A stretch of 64,000 nt of DNA, from assembly GCA_964016885.1 (NCBI GenBank), contig OZ024740.1:161138001-161202000 (forward strand), given 5' to 3'. The DNA comes from Eledone cirrhosa (Eukaryota). Below are positions 29,840 to 42,788 of this stretch, piece by piece; position 1 is the first letter of the stretch, and every line of letters starts with the position of its first letter. The translations under genes and the position numbers were made by a program. The notes below the pieces were generated by a model. The model made no database searches. It was not told where the DNA came from and saw nothing but the letters and a program-made list of their open reading frames with translations.

Positions 29840-30308
29840 GTGTGTGCGTGTGCGTATGCGTGTGCGTGTGTGTGTGTGTGTGTATAGACATACCTCATTT
29901 TTACACAAAAATATTTTTGCCCTTGTTTCAACGTCAGAAATTATTTACATTATTATTAATATTTTGGCGCTGTTATGTTGTTGAGTGTTTTCATCTCTTA
30001 GGAATCTATTAAGTTTTAGAACAATAAGTTTAATAGCTTTAAATCTCCTGAGTGGTTTCAAGACTGACTACGTTTTCAAGATTCTTGTTCTCATTCTAAA
30101 TTTGGAATTTCTATACTTAATTACCGCATTTGTTTATCTCTTTCTTTCTGCGCTTCTGTCTTTCTCCCTCTCTGTCTCGCCACACCTCTCTCTCTTCTTC
30201 TCTCTCTCTCTCTCTCTCTCTGTATGTATTGATATATACATATCTCTCTATATATATATAATATACATATTTAAATACAGGTATACACACACATATATAT
30301 ATATAAAG

Positions 30309-30343
<35 letters not shown>

Positions 30344-30398
30344 TAAATACAAATATTATATATATATAACTATATATATTTATATAAATATGAATACA

Positions 30399-30514
<116 letters not shown>

Positions 30515-32066
30515 CAAATATTATATATTTATATATAACGAACACACATCAAACAAAACACTATACACACACGCAAACGCATGCGCAGAGAAGAGAAAAA
30601 AATAAACAAATAAATAAACAGACTAAATAAAGATGGCGTAAGCATACAATACAACGGGAGGAAACATAATAGCACCACTGACGAGAATTATATTAATCAA
30701 CCCCTTAAATGTTAAAAGACAAATATCAACTTTACCTTGCTCATCCTTTCGAGGGCTGATAACTATAGCACCAATCCTATCCTAAACTGAATTCTCTCTC
30801 TCTCTCTCTCTCTTCTCGCCCTCTCTCTCCCTCTCTCTCTCGCTCACTCTCTCTCTCACCCGCGCTCTCTCTCCCTCTTTCTCTCTCATTCACTCTCTCT
30901 CTCACCCGCTCTCTGTCTCTCGCCCCCCTCTCTCAACAAGAAGAAAAGGGTTGGGTTCCGTCGGGTTTAAAATACCCAAGATCCCTGTGTGATAGGACGG
31001 TGGCTCTGCGACACCATTAGGAGTTAAAGACCATTTAGTTTTTTATTTCTTTTCTTAACGTTATGTTAATTTTCTGAGGGAGAACTGATTGGTTAACGAC
31101 ATGGTGTGCACATTGGTGAGATGGCAAAATTTGCTACTAAAATATTTTAAATAGATAAAATAAACAAATAAAATCGATTGATTTTGAAAACCGGTTATGG
31201 GTTTCCAAACGTTATTTGTTGCTACCAGCAGATAGTATTAGCAATAAAAAGACCAATTTAAACCTTGTCTCCCTTTTCCGATCTGACAATTATTATTTAA
31301 ATCTTTTTTTAAGATTTGCCATCACTTTTAATTTAATCCTTTTGGTATCTCTGTGATGTTTTTTTCTTTCTTTCTTTGCCCGAAGCCGGCTTGTGTAATC
31401 AAATACCATATTTCGTCGCATTTCACTTGTGGTTAAAGGAACAGCTTACAGATAATAATTGTTTTTATATTTGGCACAAGGCCAGCAATTTGAAGGATTC
31501 GGGAAAGTCGATTAAGTCGATCCCAGTGCTTAGTGGTACTTTATTTTATCCATTCCCGTAAGGATAATAATTGTCAGCTATATGTATGTTTATATGTAGC
31601 GTCTATTTGCTTTTGATGTCATTTAGCTAAAGTACTAAAATAACGCGGCCGCTCTAAGCTTAAAATCTACGCGTTACGCGCTGCTAAAATGCATCAAATT
31701 TAATTCGTTTCGCGCTAAATTGACAACAAAAGATGTTTAATGTTACAATTCGTGTTGAAGTTTCTGTAGTAATTTAGACCATCACGAAGGTAGCTATGAA
31801 AACAGTGATAAAGAGCAATTTGCATTCTATTCGTTTTAATAAAGATGTTCCACTGAAACCAAGAAATATGTCGGTATTCGGACTCAGAACGTCAATGTAG
31901 TAAGACATTTTGTAAAAGTATTTATAACTTCATTCAAGCTATTGTCTTTCAAACGCTAGCAACGTATAGGTAGATAAGATTGATGGGTAAAGTGCATTGT
32001 GGTATTTAGTTATACCTGTTTACGTTCTCAGTGAAAATCAGTATTATTATAATTATATAATTATAT

Positions 32067-32182
32067 AGTTCAAATCCCGCCGAGGTTAACTTTGCCTTTC
32101 ATCCTTCCGGGGTAGATAGAATAAAGTACCAGTAATGCATTGGGTAATTACTGGCCTTGTGTCAAAAGTAGAAACAATTATT
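32067..32182 (+). mobile_element. SINE family 1, 5'-truncated (other partial copies at 31460-31565 and 32641-32746, minus)
   Basis: gttcaaatcccgccgaggttaactttgcctttcatccttccggggtagata. Confidence 0.8.
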
Positions 32183-32183
32183 A

Positions 32184-32227
<44 letters not shown>

Positions 32228-32230
<3 letters not shown>

Positions 32231-32430
32231 AAAAAAAGGTGACCTCCCCCTATCGATGTTTATCTGCAGAATGACCTCGGAATAAAAAAAAACGATACGC
32301 TGATATATAGAAAGCACTCCCCGATGACTAATCTATGAGTCTGTAAAGTTTCATGAAAATCGGTCGTAAGATGTAGGCCCCTATAGGTAATACACAGACA
32401 CACACATACTTAATTTTATATATATACAGA
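32228..32430 (-). mobile_element. Inverted 5' portion of the Helitron at 33320
   Basis: Reverse complement of 33325-33560. Confidence 0.75.
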
Positions 32431-33236
32431 TCGGTTTCCTAGTTAGAATTTTAGTCTACGACTTCAGCGATACCATTTACGTGGTTTTGTCTTTGCGTGC
32501 AATTGTTCTCCACACTCCATATATGAAGTATTATCTTCGTTTTTTCCGTTCATTGCCAGAGAACGTCTCTATGAACCACCTAAGAGAACATTAGTCTACG
32601 ACTTCTTTTATACCATAAACGTGGTTCTGTCTTTGCGTGATAATTGTCTCTACTTTAGGAACAAGGCCAGCAAATACCCAGTGCATTACTGGTACTTTAT
32701 TTTATCGACCCCGTAAGGATGAAAGGCAAAGTCAACCTCGGCGGGAATAATGACGTATTATATTCGTTTTTTCTCGTTTTTTGCCAGGGAACGTTTCCAC
32801 GAACCAAAGTATCATCTTCCTGTCTTCCTTCGGCTGCAACGTTTTTGGAAATATTCACTTCAGCATTCACAGATTGACTTTGTTAGTTTCAGAAGATCCC
32901 GTTAAGGGTGAAAGCAGCGATTCTTTGCTTAAACTTTAATCTGTTATTTTAATAAATATTTGCTCTACAGTTCTTATATATTTGATATATACTTTCCTTA
33001 TCGAGCCCTCTTTGGATTTTAGTCTTCAAATTTATTATTATTACTATATATATATATATCTGTATATATATAAAATTAAGTATGTGTGTGTCTGTGTATT
33101 ACCTATATACATAATTTTATATATATACTTAATTTTATATATACTTAATTTTATATATATACATACTTATATATATATATATACTTAATGTTATATATAT
33201 ACATACTTAATTTTATATATATACAGATATATATAC

Positions 33237-33319
<83 letters not shown>

Positions 33320-33333
<14 letters not shown>

Positions 33334-34315
33334 AAATTAAGTATGTGTGTGTCTGTGTATATGTGTGTGTTTGTGTGTGTGTCTGTGTGTCTATGTATAG
33401 GGGCCTACATCTTACGACCGATTTTCATGAAACTTTACAGACTCATAGATTAGTCATCGGGGAGTGTTTTCTATATATCAGCGTATCGTTTTTTTTTTTA
33501 TTCCGGGGTCATTCTGCAGATAAAAATCGATAGGGGGGGGGGGTCATTTTTTTTTAGGTATCGAAAAATAAGATTTTTGGCTCTAGCGCCCACATTTTGC
33601 CACCGATTTCGTTCAAATTCTAAAGCAAAATAGAATTTATCATTGCACATCCTGTAATGGCTTTATATTTTGCATTTGATGTTTAGACTCAAATTTCCAC
33701 TTTATCGGCTCTAGCTCCCACATTAATCAACCTACTTTGTTCAAATTTTACACTACGCTAGGTCTGATAATTTCACGTCTCAAAGTGGCTTTACATTTTG
33801 GATTTTTTGTTCAGGAACCGCGTGGCAGCCGCTTAAATATTCGAAAACACCACCTTTTCGCTCAAATTTCCGCCTTTTCGGCTCTAGCTCCCAGATTTTT
33901 CAACCGATTTCGTTCAAATTCGAAACTTCGGCTCCACCTGACACAGAAATAAATTTATTTGGTTCACCTTTTATACTACAATAGAACCTATCATTGCATA
34001 TCTTATAGATGGTCAAAGGCAAAACGATGGCCACTGACGTCATCTGAGCTTATGTGTATTTGAGAATTCAACGGTTTCCAATCAAGTAGCGTGAAGAAAT
34101 TTGGCTTAGTGTTAGAGGTCATTACCTCCCTCCCCCAGCATGCCCCTTCGTCAGTTACCTGCGTTTCTCAGTGATAGAAGTCATCACCACCCTCCCCCGC
34201 ATGGCCTGTGTGTGGCCATAGATGAGTCATCGAGAAACAGTCGCTAAGATCAACACCTTTTCATCAAAACAGATATTATTTTACCTACCCAGGCAACGCT
34301 GGGTGCTGCTGCTGG
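33320..34315 (+). mobile_element. Non-autonomous Helitron
   Basis: tatatataaaattaagtatgtgtgtgtctg leader, ccgattttcatgaaacttt, internal repeats of ggctctagc.ccca..accgatttcgttcaaatt, 3' hairpin acccag-gcaacg-ctgggt followed by CTGG|T; a similar 3' end at 37995-38025. Confidence 0.75.
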
Positions 34316-34376
34316 TATATATATAAAAATGAAGTACAAGTCAACAGGTTAAAATTAACTTCGTATATTCATAGAC

Positions 34377-34433
34377 GCTGTTACATATATTTCGGTGATA
34401 ACCATGATAACAGTTATGACCTCAGCAGACAGC
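34377..34433 (-). ncRNA. Hammerhead with A6-to-C change
   Basis: Minus strand GCTGT-CTGCTGA-GGTcATAACTGT-tatc-ATGGTTATcACC-GAAA-tatatg-TA-ACAGC. Confidence 0.7.
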
Positions 34434-35994
34434 TAGAAGTTGAACAGAAGCAAACAGAAAAACATAAAGAAGAAATAATCCTTACTTCTGTTGTTTCGAT
34501 TCATTCATATGCTCCGGGCTCTTATTTGGTGTTAGTCTCTCAAAGTCCCGGTAGCATATGACCTAGAATCGACAGCCTCACAGCGTCAGTAAGAGGAGTA
34601 TATAAAGGCACTTCCCACTTCACATTCTTCTGTGTCCCTCGATTCCTTTTAAATAACCGTAGTAGTGTTGTTGAAATAGATTTGTTTATGATTTTTTTTT
34701 TATTAATAAAACCTGAAATTAAAAACAAAAGTTAAACAAAAATCACACAAAACAAATATAACAAAATACTTATTTAACGCTAGTACATGTCTTCTTTATG
34801 CAAACCGATCATGCGACTTACTTCATTAGTCACCTTTATCAAAAGTGGCGATGATAATTGCCGGATGTTACCTCACAATCACAACGTGACTTTTGATTTG
34901 CAATCGTTCCGATATACAATTTGCGTTTTTATAAGATTGTTAGGATTGCTAATATCAAACGAATATAAATGTTGTCTTAGTGGCAACGTTGTTCGATTTT
35001 ATATGAACTGCCCAGTGAGTGCTCCAACTCAGAGGTCTTAATATTATAAGGTAAACTAAAACACGTTTTACAACATAGATGATAGTAAGTTAAACAATAG
35101 TATGACGAGCTATAATTGAATGTGTGTGTATGGAAGACATTCGAAACAGATAAAGTATATCCTGAAATATATATATATATATATATATATATATCATACA
35201 ATCGTGGTTTAACTAGAAGCAACTATGGAGGTTTAACTAAAGAGGTGGAGATGATGGTAGTCGTAGAAGAGAATATCGATGAAAGTTCAGTTGGTAATTG
35301 CGGCTCGTATTTATCCCATTTGACTCTACTGAACCATTAAATTGGATAAAAGCCTGACCATACATCTTTCTCGTCAGAATACACACACAAACAAATATAT
35401 ATATATATCCTCACTTCTGTTCATTATATAGTTTGAAGTACAAGCATCTAATATTACCTTAAATATTTGAGTTCACATTATTTGTATATATGTCGTTAAT
35501 AATTGTCAAAGAAATCGACGTCTTCGATAAAAGAAATCAATGTGTAATGTATTTGAGGCGGTGGCTTATTGAGGGATATTGAGTTGCTTAACTATATAAG
35601 AGCGGAGGTGTATTTGTCTTGAAACAACATCGGAATTTCTCAAGGAATCTTTACACAATCACAGATACAAATTCATCTTAGAATAATCCATGAACAAAAC
35701 AATTCCAAGTTCTAATTCCCATTGGAGTAAAACAGGAAAGTTTCGAGAAAGGTGGAGAAAAAGTGAAAGTTCTAATTGAGTGGAAATGAGAGAAAGTTGA
35801 GATACAGTTGAGATAGAGTTGAGGACAGTCTATTTATTGGCTAATTCAATCTCTATAATTTTTCTTCCTCTCCTACTTCATGTTTGCCTTTGCTTCTCCC
35901 ACCCCCACCCACCCTCTCTCTCTGTAATTATCCAAGTACATGTAATGATTTGAAGGTCTTTGTCTTCTCTCTCTCTCTCTTTCTCTCTCTCACT

Positions 35995-37870
35995 CTGTGT
36001 GGTTGTGTGTGCCACCAAAACTGCAGGTATATGCTTTCTAATCAATTTCCTCCGACTTTCTTGCATCAAACTTACCTGACGCGTGCCGAATCCCTGTACC
36101 GGTGGCACTACCCACGCTGCGTAAACCCCTCGACACCACCGGGTCAAGAGTAGGTATTGGTAGCGATTTCCCGCCTCAGACATTTGTCGAGAGTCATCAT
36201 CAGATTCTCCGGGGCTATCCGCAATTTCTTGGTCGAAGCACAAGCGGTGTCCATCGACCAGTCACTCGATACCAATAGCCCGCAAGCCAGGCATAAACTA
36301 TTCAGTTGTGTGTCGCTTATACTCAGGATCCCGATGACGGGGGAGGGTTCAGTTCCTTTCTTGATTTCGAGCTTCAGATACAGCGTCGCTTCCTTCGGCT
36401 ACCCCTCACCAAATCAACTTCTCGCTTCTCCCACACGGACCACCTATGCCAACACTGCACGCAGCCCCCTTCCGATTGTGTGAGTCAATTGCAAATTAAT
36501 CGAGGGTGACGTTTCTGATTCGGTGTGCGTGCTGAACTCAAGCGACATGGTATTCCAGCCCACACTAGAGGTTCTAGCCGCTCTCTGTCTCAAGCACATT
36601 GACCCACCGGTAGATATCTGGGACTTCTAAATTCCTGACAGTGTTGCTGCTTTATCCGCGTCCGGCGAGGCTGTGACAGCAGCCCTGAGATCCTTCCCAT
36701 GGAGCAGCAGTGACGGAGTGGTGACGTGCGACCCAGCCTCCTCAGAGACCTAATCTCTCCCCATTCAGCCGAGATGGGAGTACGGCTATTCGGATCCATT
36801 TCCGCCCTCACTAATAGGCTTATTCGTGCCGACTTCCCTTATCATGTCCATGATCTTCTGTTCTTGGTAGTAGCATACGACCCATTGCAGTGACTTGTGG
36901 CCACAATAGCCTGCAACTCAGTCGCTGACGACCTGAGCGAGGTATTCAGCCCTGTCCAGCTCGGAGTGGGAGTTATGTGCAGATGTGAGGCGGCTGCTCA
37001 TGTGGTCAGACACCTTATAGAGCACATGCCTCCTTCATCACCTCACACCAGAGTGAAGTTGGACATGTGTAATGCCTTCAACAGTTAGGCGGGATCTCGT
37101 TTTAGAGACGTGTCTAAGAAGTGCTCCCTCGTCGCACCCTCTCACATATCTCTCTTATGGTACACCCAGAACACTCATGGCTGCTGAAAAATGGATTCCC
37201 TTCTCCACAGGTTTCCAGTAAAGAGACCCGCTTAGCCTGATTTATTCACGCTGGCCGCCGCGTGTGTGAGCCACGCAAACGCCATTGTGGAGCACTTGTT
37301 GACGAGTTCGCTCTGCACCAGTTATGTTGCCACCTATGTGCAGGCCAGCTCCCCTGACACGCCGCTCTGGACTTCATAATGAGGAGCCATGACATAGCCG
37401 TTTCCCGTCACAATAGAAGCCGGCTGGCCTCGACCGTGGCGATGATAACCACTTTGATGGATTAACCCTCTTCCCTTTCAAAGAAGGTAAATCCCTAATT
37501 TGGGACGTGACGTGTTGCGACTCGTGATGCTTGTTGCTTCGGCTAAAAGTCCGGACTCCGCTACCCAATATGCAGAGGAGAATAATATAATTAGATACTG
37601 GGGCTTGACTGATCGGGCTCCATCATTGGTCCCTACATTGGTCCCTACATTGTTGATTTCCTCCGTAGAATCGGAAGGACAGCAGCCCTCTTGAGGAAGA
37701 ACCTCCGTGAGATGGGGTGGCTTGGTCAGCGGATGTCTATGGCCATTCTTTGCAGTAATACCTTAGCCATTTTGTCAGCAGGGCACAACTGAAAAACCAC
37801 ATTGACTGGGTTGTAGTGCCTGATCCCCTCTCTCTCCCTTTTTTCGTTACTCAATTCTTTTTTCTTTTCA
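35995..37870 (+). mobile_element. Heavily decayed CRE-like non-LTR retrotransposon
   Basis: PVQLGVGVMCRCEAAAHVVRH, VKLDMCNAFNS (36897-37088); DGLTLFPFKEGKSLIWDVTC restriction-like endonuclease motif at 37455-37520. Confidence 0.75.
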
Positions 37871-39814
37871 TTCTTGTTTTGGTTCCCTTAAGTAGTGTGC
37901 TTTGTATTTATATGAACAGCTTTGTGAAAAAAATTCTATTGATTTTTTTCAAGAATCATATAAATAAACAAAAAGACATTTTCTGGAAATTCGCTAGCCA
38001 GGCAACGCTTGATACTACTGCCAGTAATATATAAATCTTTCAGTCAATAAACTTTAACGCCGTCAGATTTTTAACTATATAGTCCGCTACTTATGTACTA
38101 TAAACTATGCGTAACGTAAGTTACGTTGCCAAAATCTAGAAATTAACTCGTTTAAAAGTTCTACAAAGCACCCATTTGGCAGAGTCGTTAAAGATCAGAT
38201 CGAAAATATATCGGAATTTGTTCCAGTTCACTGGGCTTTGGGTTCAGATCCCACGATGTCAATTTTGACTTTCATCCGTCCAAGGTCGATGAAGTACCAG
38301 CAGAGTACTGGGGTTCAATTCTTTATCTCTTTCTGTAGAAGAAATAGGTTATATTCAGACATGTGAAGGAATGGACTTTGTCAGCTTTAAGATGCCCGAA
38401 ACAGGCCGTGTGTCAGGAAGGTACCCTTATGACACCACCATGACTTATGGGCCTTTTACCTTTATAAACGTTTTCATTCAAAAAGGGTGTTTAGCTTATG
38501 TCGCATCAAAACTGAATGAAACCATGCTATGTCAAGTTTGTGGTCTTCCAGTTATATGACATATCACCCCGCGTGTTCATTACCCCAAACTTGTCAGTTA
38601 ACCTAAAAGATTATCTCTACTTTTACTCATTCACGCGTTCTCTCTCTCAATGACTCTTTCTCATTCACACTAATAGGTAGAGTTGAGTGTCAATAGAAAT
38701 ATTCTAATATCATTTAACACATAACATTAGCAGAAAAAGAAAAATTGTGTACACATTTTTACCAGAGTTAGATAGTGGCCAACGGTATCAGCACAAACAA
38801 CCCAATGAAATGTCACGTTTTTTTCTTTCTCTCGCTCTACCTCTCTGGCGTGCAGAACCTCAGGGGTATGTTGTATCATGATATATAATTGAAAAGATGT
38901 TACTCAAAAGGATTGCAACGGTCTAATAATTGTAGGATCATTGAAATGGTCTAATAATTGTAGGTTCTTCTAAATAAACTGAGTTACTTTAGTTATGACG
39001 GTATTGGTAGTTTACGTGATAAACAATTGATATCTACAGCATAGTAATGTATTTCTAGCGTAACAATGGACATTTGAATATACTTACTGCCCTTCTCTAC
39101 CTTCCCTTCACTCACACCCATCCCAACTTGTTTGCACACCAAATGTCAATTACTATCTGTTCTCTATTCCATCACCAAGCTACCAGAATGTATCATCGTC
39201 CTATTCAATGGAAACAGCACGAAGAAAAAGCTCTTCTGTCACATTAAATGTTCACCTCTTATTTCAAATATATATTGCAGGACAGAGCTTTGTCGTGCAA
39301 AAGTAAGGAAGAATTAGTTACAAAACCTTCTCCAAATTGTACACACTGCTATCTGTAATAAAACGAAACACACGTTGGATAATTTAGTCATAAATAGGGC
39401 ATCCCAAGCGAAACTTTCCAAGGAAGAACAAAAATGCTTTCTGGTCCACGGAGGGTAACTCCACTCAAAATTCAAGATGAGATAATTTGGAGATTGGTGA
39501 GGGCATTGTGTATTCGGGAGTTCCTCGTTTACTTTCAGGTCCTTTGATGAGTATAACGACTAAAATCACCCGCTTTATAAATCCCGATCTTAGATAAACT
39601 GTCTGAAAATTAACGAGATGTACACAGTTAAAATGTCTTTAATTATAAGTATTTATGATCGGCTAGGGCTGACATGAAGCTAAACAATCTCCCATATTAA
39701 AGGTAAAGGGACAGTCATATATAACTCTTATTTTTGAAGAATCTTATAACAATTAGTTTATATAACATGTGACTAAATTACAAATTGCATTATATGTTCA
39801 GATACACTCACACA

Positions 39815-40250
39815 CACGTGAAACCTGTCGAAGTATCTGACTGGGCTGGTAAGGGGGAGAATTACGTACTCAGTGGAGTTTAATTGCTAATCCCTTTCAA
39901 AGAGAACTCTTTGTACCTCTACACACTTAGTCCAGCGATCCTTCCTCTCTTCGAATCACGTCTGGAATACTTTCAGCTCTGCTATCGCAATTCACATTAT
40001 GACCTCTGGGCTCTGAACGTGAGAGCTCTTGAGTGGCATCTTCATTTTGGGGAACAACGAGAAGTCAGAAAGAGCCATATCTGAAGAGAAGGGAAGCTGG
40101 TGAATGAGCGAAATGCCTTTGCCTAGAAACCTTGGACAAGCTGGAACACATGAACCGGGATGTTGTCATGATTAAGCTGCCAGTTTTATGAGGCCTTAAT
40201 ATCCGGCCTCTTGCATCACACTGTACCACTAAGCCGCCAGAGAAATTCCT
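39815..40250 (-). mobile_element. Mariner transposase C-terminal relic
   Basis: Minus-strand translation HQLPFSSDMALSDFSLFPKMK resembles HPPYSPDLAPSDF; KCVEVQ..FE near the end. Confidence 0.7.
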
Positions 40251-42752
40251 GATAGTGCTTCTTTGTAATTGTTTGTTCTTCATTGTTGGCAGTATCGGAC
40301 GAAATGAAAATGCGACTAGTCAGTAGTACAGCGTCTCATACGCTGACTGCCTGACATCAAATATGTAATGTATGGGCAATAAGAAGTTGCTCCAATATGT
40401 CTGGCCTCAGACAGTGATAACCCGCCCAACACATGTCAGTGTGGAAAGTGGATGTAAAATGAGGATGGTTACATGTTTTTAATTTAATACCTGTATGTCT
40501 AACTTTTCAATTCCAATTACGCCAAGCCGACTTTGATATACAAAATTGGGTGTTTTCTGTGTATTCTAATTTCTTGAGTATGAGGGGACCTTGAAACCTG
40601 AATTGTCCCGGACCCCCAAGGTCTAAATCTGGCTGTGACCACAATGTAAGAAACTCAATACATCAGGTAGAAAAGGTATATCATTTAATTTAATTGCGAT
40701 GTGACGTTTACAGAACAAATTCTGTTCCATTCGGTGATTAAATCGTTAGAAAAACTTGTTTTAACCAAATGTTATGTAAACAGCTTTATAATCCTGTCTA
40801 TAAGTTAAATTATTCATTGTTAACATATAAACCCTTTCACACGATGAAGCAGAACTCGACCTGTAAAATTAATCTCTCAACTCTATACATGTGTGCACGC
40901 GCATTTACTTGAGTGTTTTGCTTCACAAATGCGAGAAATGTACTCAATATATATTATAGTCCAGCCCCACCGGCTCGAGCTGGGAGGGGAAGCCTGCAGC
41001 ATCTTTCTCATAATACAGAGAGATGGGGAGGGCGAGAGAGATGGAGACGGTGACAGTGGGAGTTCGGCTGTTCCGAGTTCGGACCTGGTGTGCAGCGGCA
41101 GTTGTCCGTAGGGAGGTAGTGGTTTGTACTTAGTGAAGGTTTTTAGAACCTTGTGTTTGCGATTCCTGTATGAATAATGGAATAGTTTTTTTTCTTATAG
41201 ATGTTATACGTATTATATTTAACATCCTCTGGAGTCTATTATGTATGAACCCGTAATTACTTATGGAGTCATGGGGACACCGTAATGACATTCATTTTGA
41301 ACGTTTTGAACCTGGCGGATCCGATTCCCTCTCCAGGTCTAAACACAGCCAATTTCTTACGAAGAAAGAAAGGTAGTGAGAGTGAGGAAGTGAGAAAAAG
41401 ATACTGGACAAGTAATTTTTTATCCACCACGAAAGAAAAAGAGGCAAGGTTGACATCAGCGGTAATTGTTCTCAAACACTAGAGAGAATTTGAACAAAGA
41501 CAAAGCATTCTATCGGAGGCTCGAACAACTTTGCCAATTTGCCGCCGGTTTTTACCATAATTATTGCAGTAAATTTTAGAATATAGCTGTTATGAATTGA
41601 GAAATACTTAACCTTTCTAAATATACATTTTATAGAATCACGTTTAAAAGAAAGTTATATATAAGTACAATGAGAAGACTACTTAAAAGAAAGAATTCTG
41701 TATAGAATAAAATTTCAAAATAGGACTGGGAATATGAATATGGAAAGAATTGAATAAACACATTTAATATGAAGTTTAAAACGAAGTCATAAAGATATTT
41801 ATCAAATATTTTAATCGATGTAAAGTTAAATCAGATACCAGGGATATAGAAGCTCTTGCTAGTTTTATAAGTATTAACAGGTAGTTCTCTTGGTGAATAT
41901 TAATAATAGTTTGAGTGCTTAGACGTAGGTATAAATCTAATACATAATATTAACATATATTTGTTGAATAATTTAAGATCAAGTATACAGTGTAGGAGAC
42001 GGTGAATTGACAATATCGTTAGAACGACGAATCGAATGCTTTACTTTATACGTTCAGATTTTCGGAGTTCAATACTGGGTCGATTCATCTTATATAAGTT
42101 TCTCAATTTTTCTCTATCACATGCTCTTTCTCATTCTCTGGAAGAAGTCCACTATGTTCAGACTTGAAGATGGGATGGATTATGGCAGGTTTAAAGTTCC
42201 CAAGAGGTGCCGTATATCATAACAATACCCCTACGACTAGAAGATGTGTCCTACAGAAGTAAAATTTAATGTAGCCAATCTTTCCGCGCACGCATACACA
42301 CACGTACACACATATATATTTATATGTTTACGTATATATATATATATATATATACAAGTGGAAGTTTAGTGAAATCGAAGTTTTATCTGCGGCCAAGCTA
42401 ACGATATACATTTAGGAATGTGCAACAAAGCACTCGATAAGGTTGTAGGCCCTAGAGTAATAACATACGTTTAGACAGCTTGACAAATTGAAAATTGCGG
42501 CAGGTAAGCCTAGCCACATAATACTAAATCAACGAAAAATACCAATCAGGTAAGACAACTGACCTGGACAAATCGAACGATATTATGCAATACGTCCGAT
42601 AGGTTTCTATGAAATCGATATCAACAATCCTACTTGTGCAATATGCAAGTTTGTGGTATTTAATGATCGAACTGTGGACTCACGTTATCAACAGGTTTTC
42701 GTTATATACCTCAAGCCGGTGTGAAGTGTAACACTGAACTGCTACCGGTGGC

Positions 42753-42788
<36 letters not shown>

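Noticed and set aside
32885-32950. CAGAAGA-tCCC-gttaa-GGGt-GAAA hammerhead-like string (3' part also at 14755-14805)
   Set aside because: Core, stem III and stem I are all imperfect; it cannot be supported without a family consensus.
41255-41290. TCC CCA TGA resembling an antizyme +1 frameshift site or a Sec codon
   Set aside because: It is not the UCC-UGA site, the downstream frames do not resemble antizyme, and I found no SECIS.
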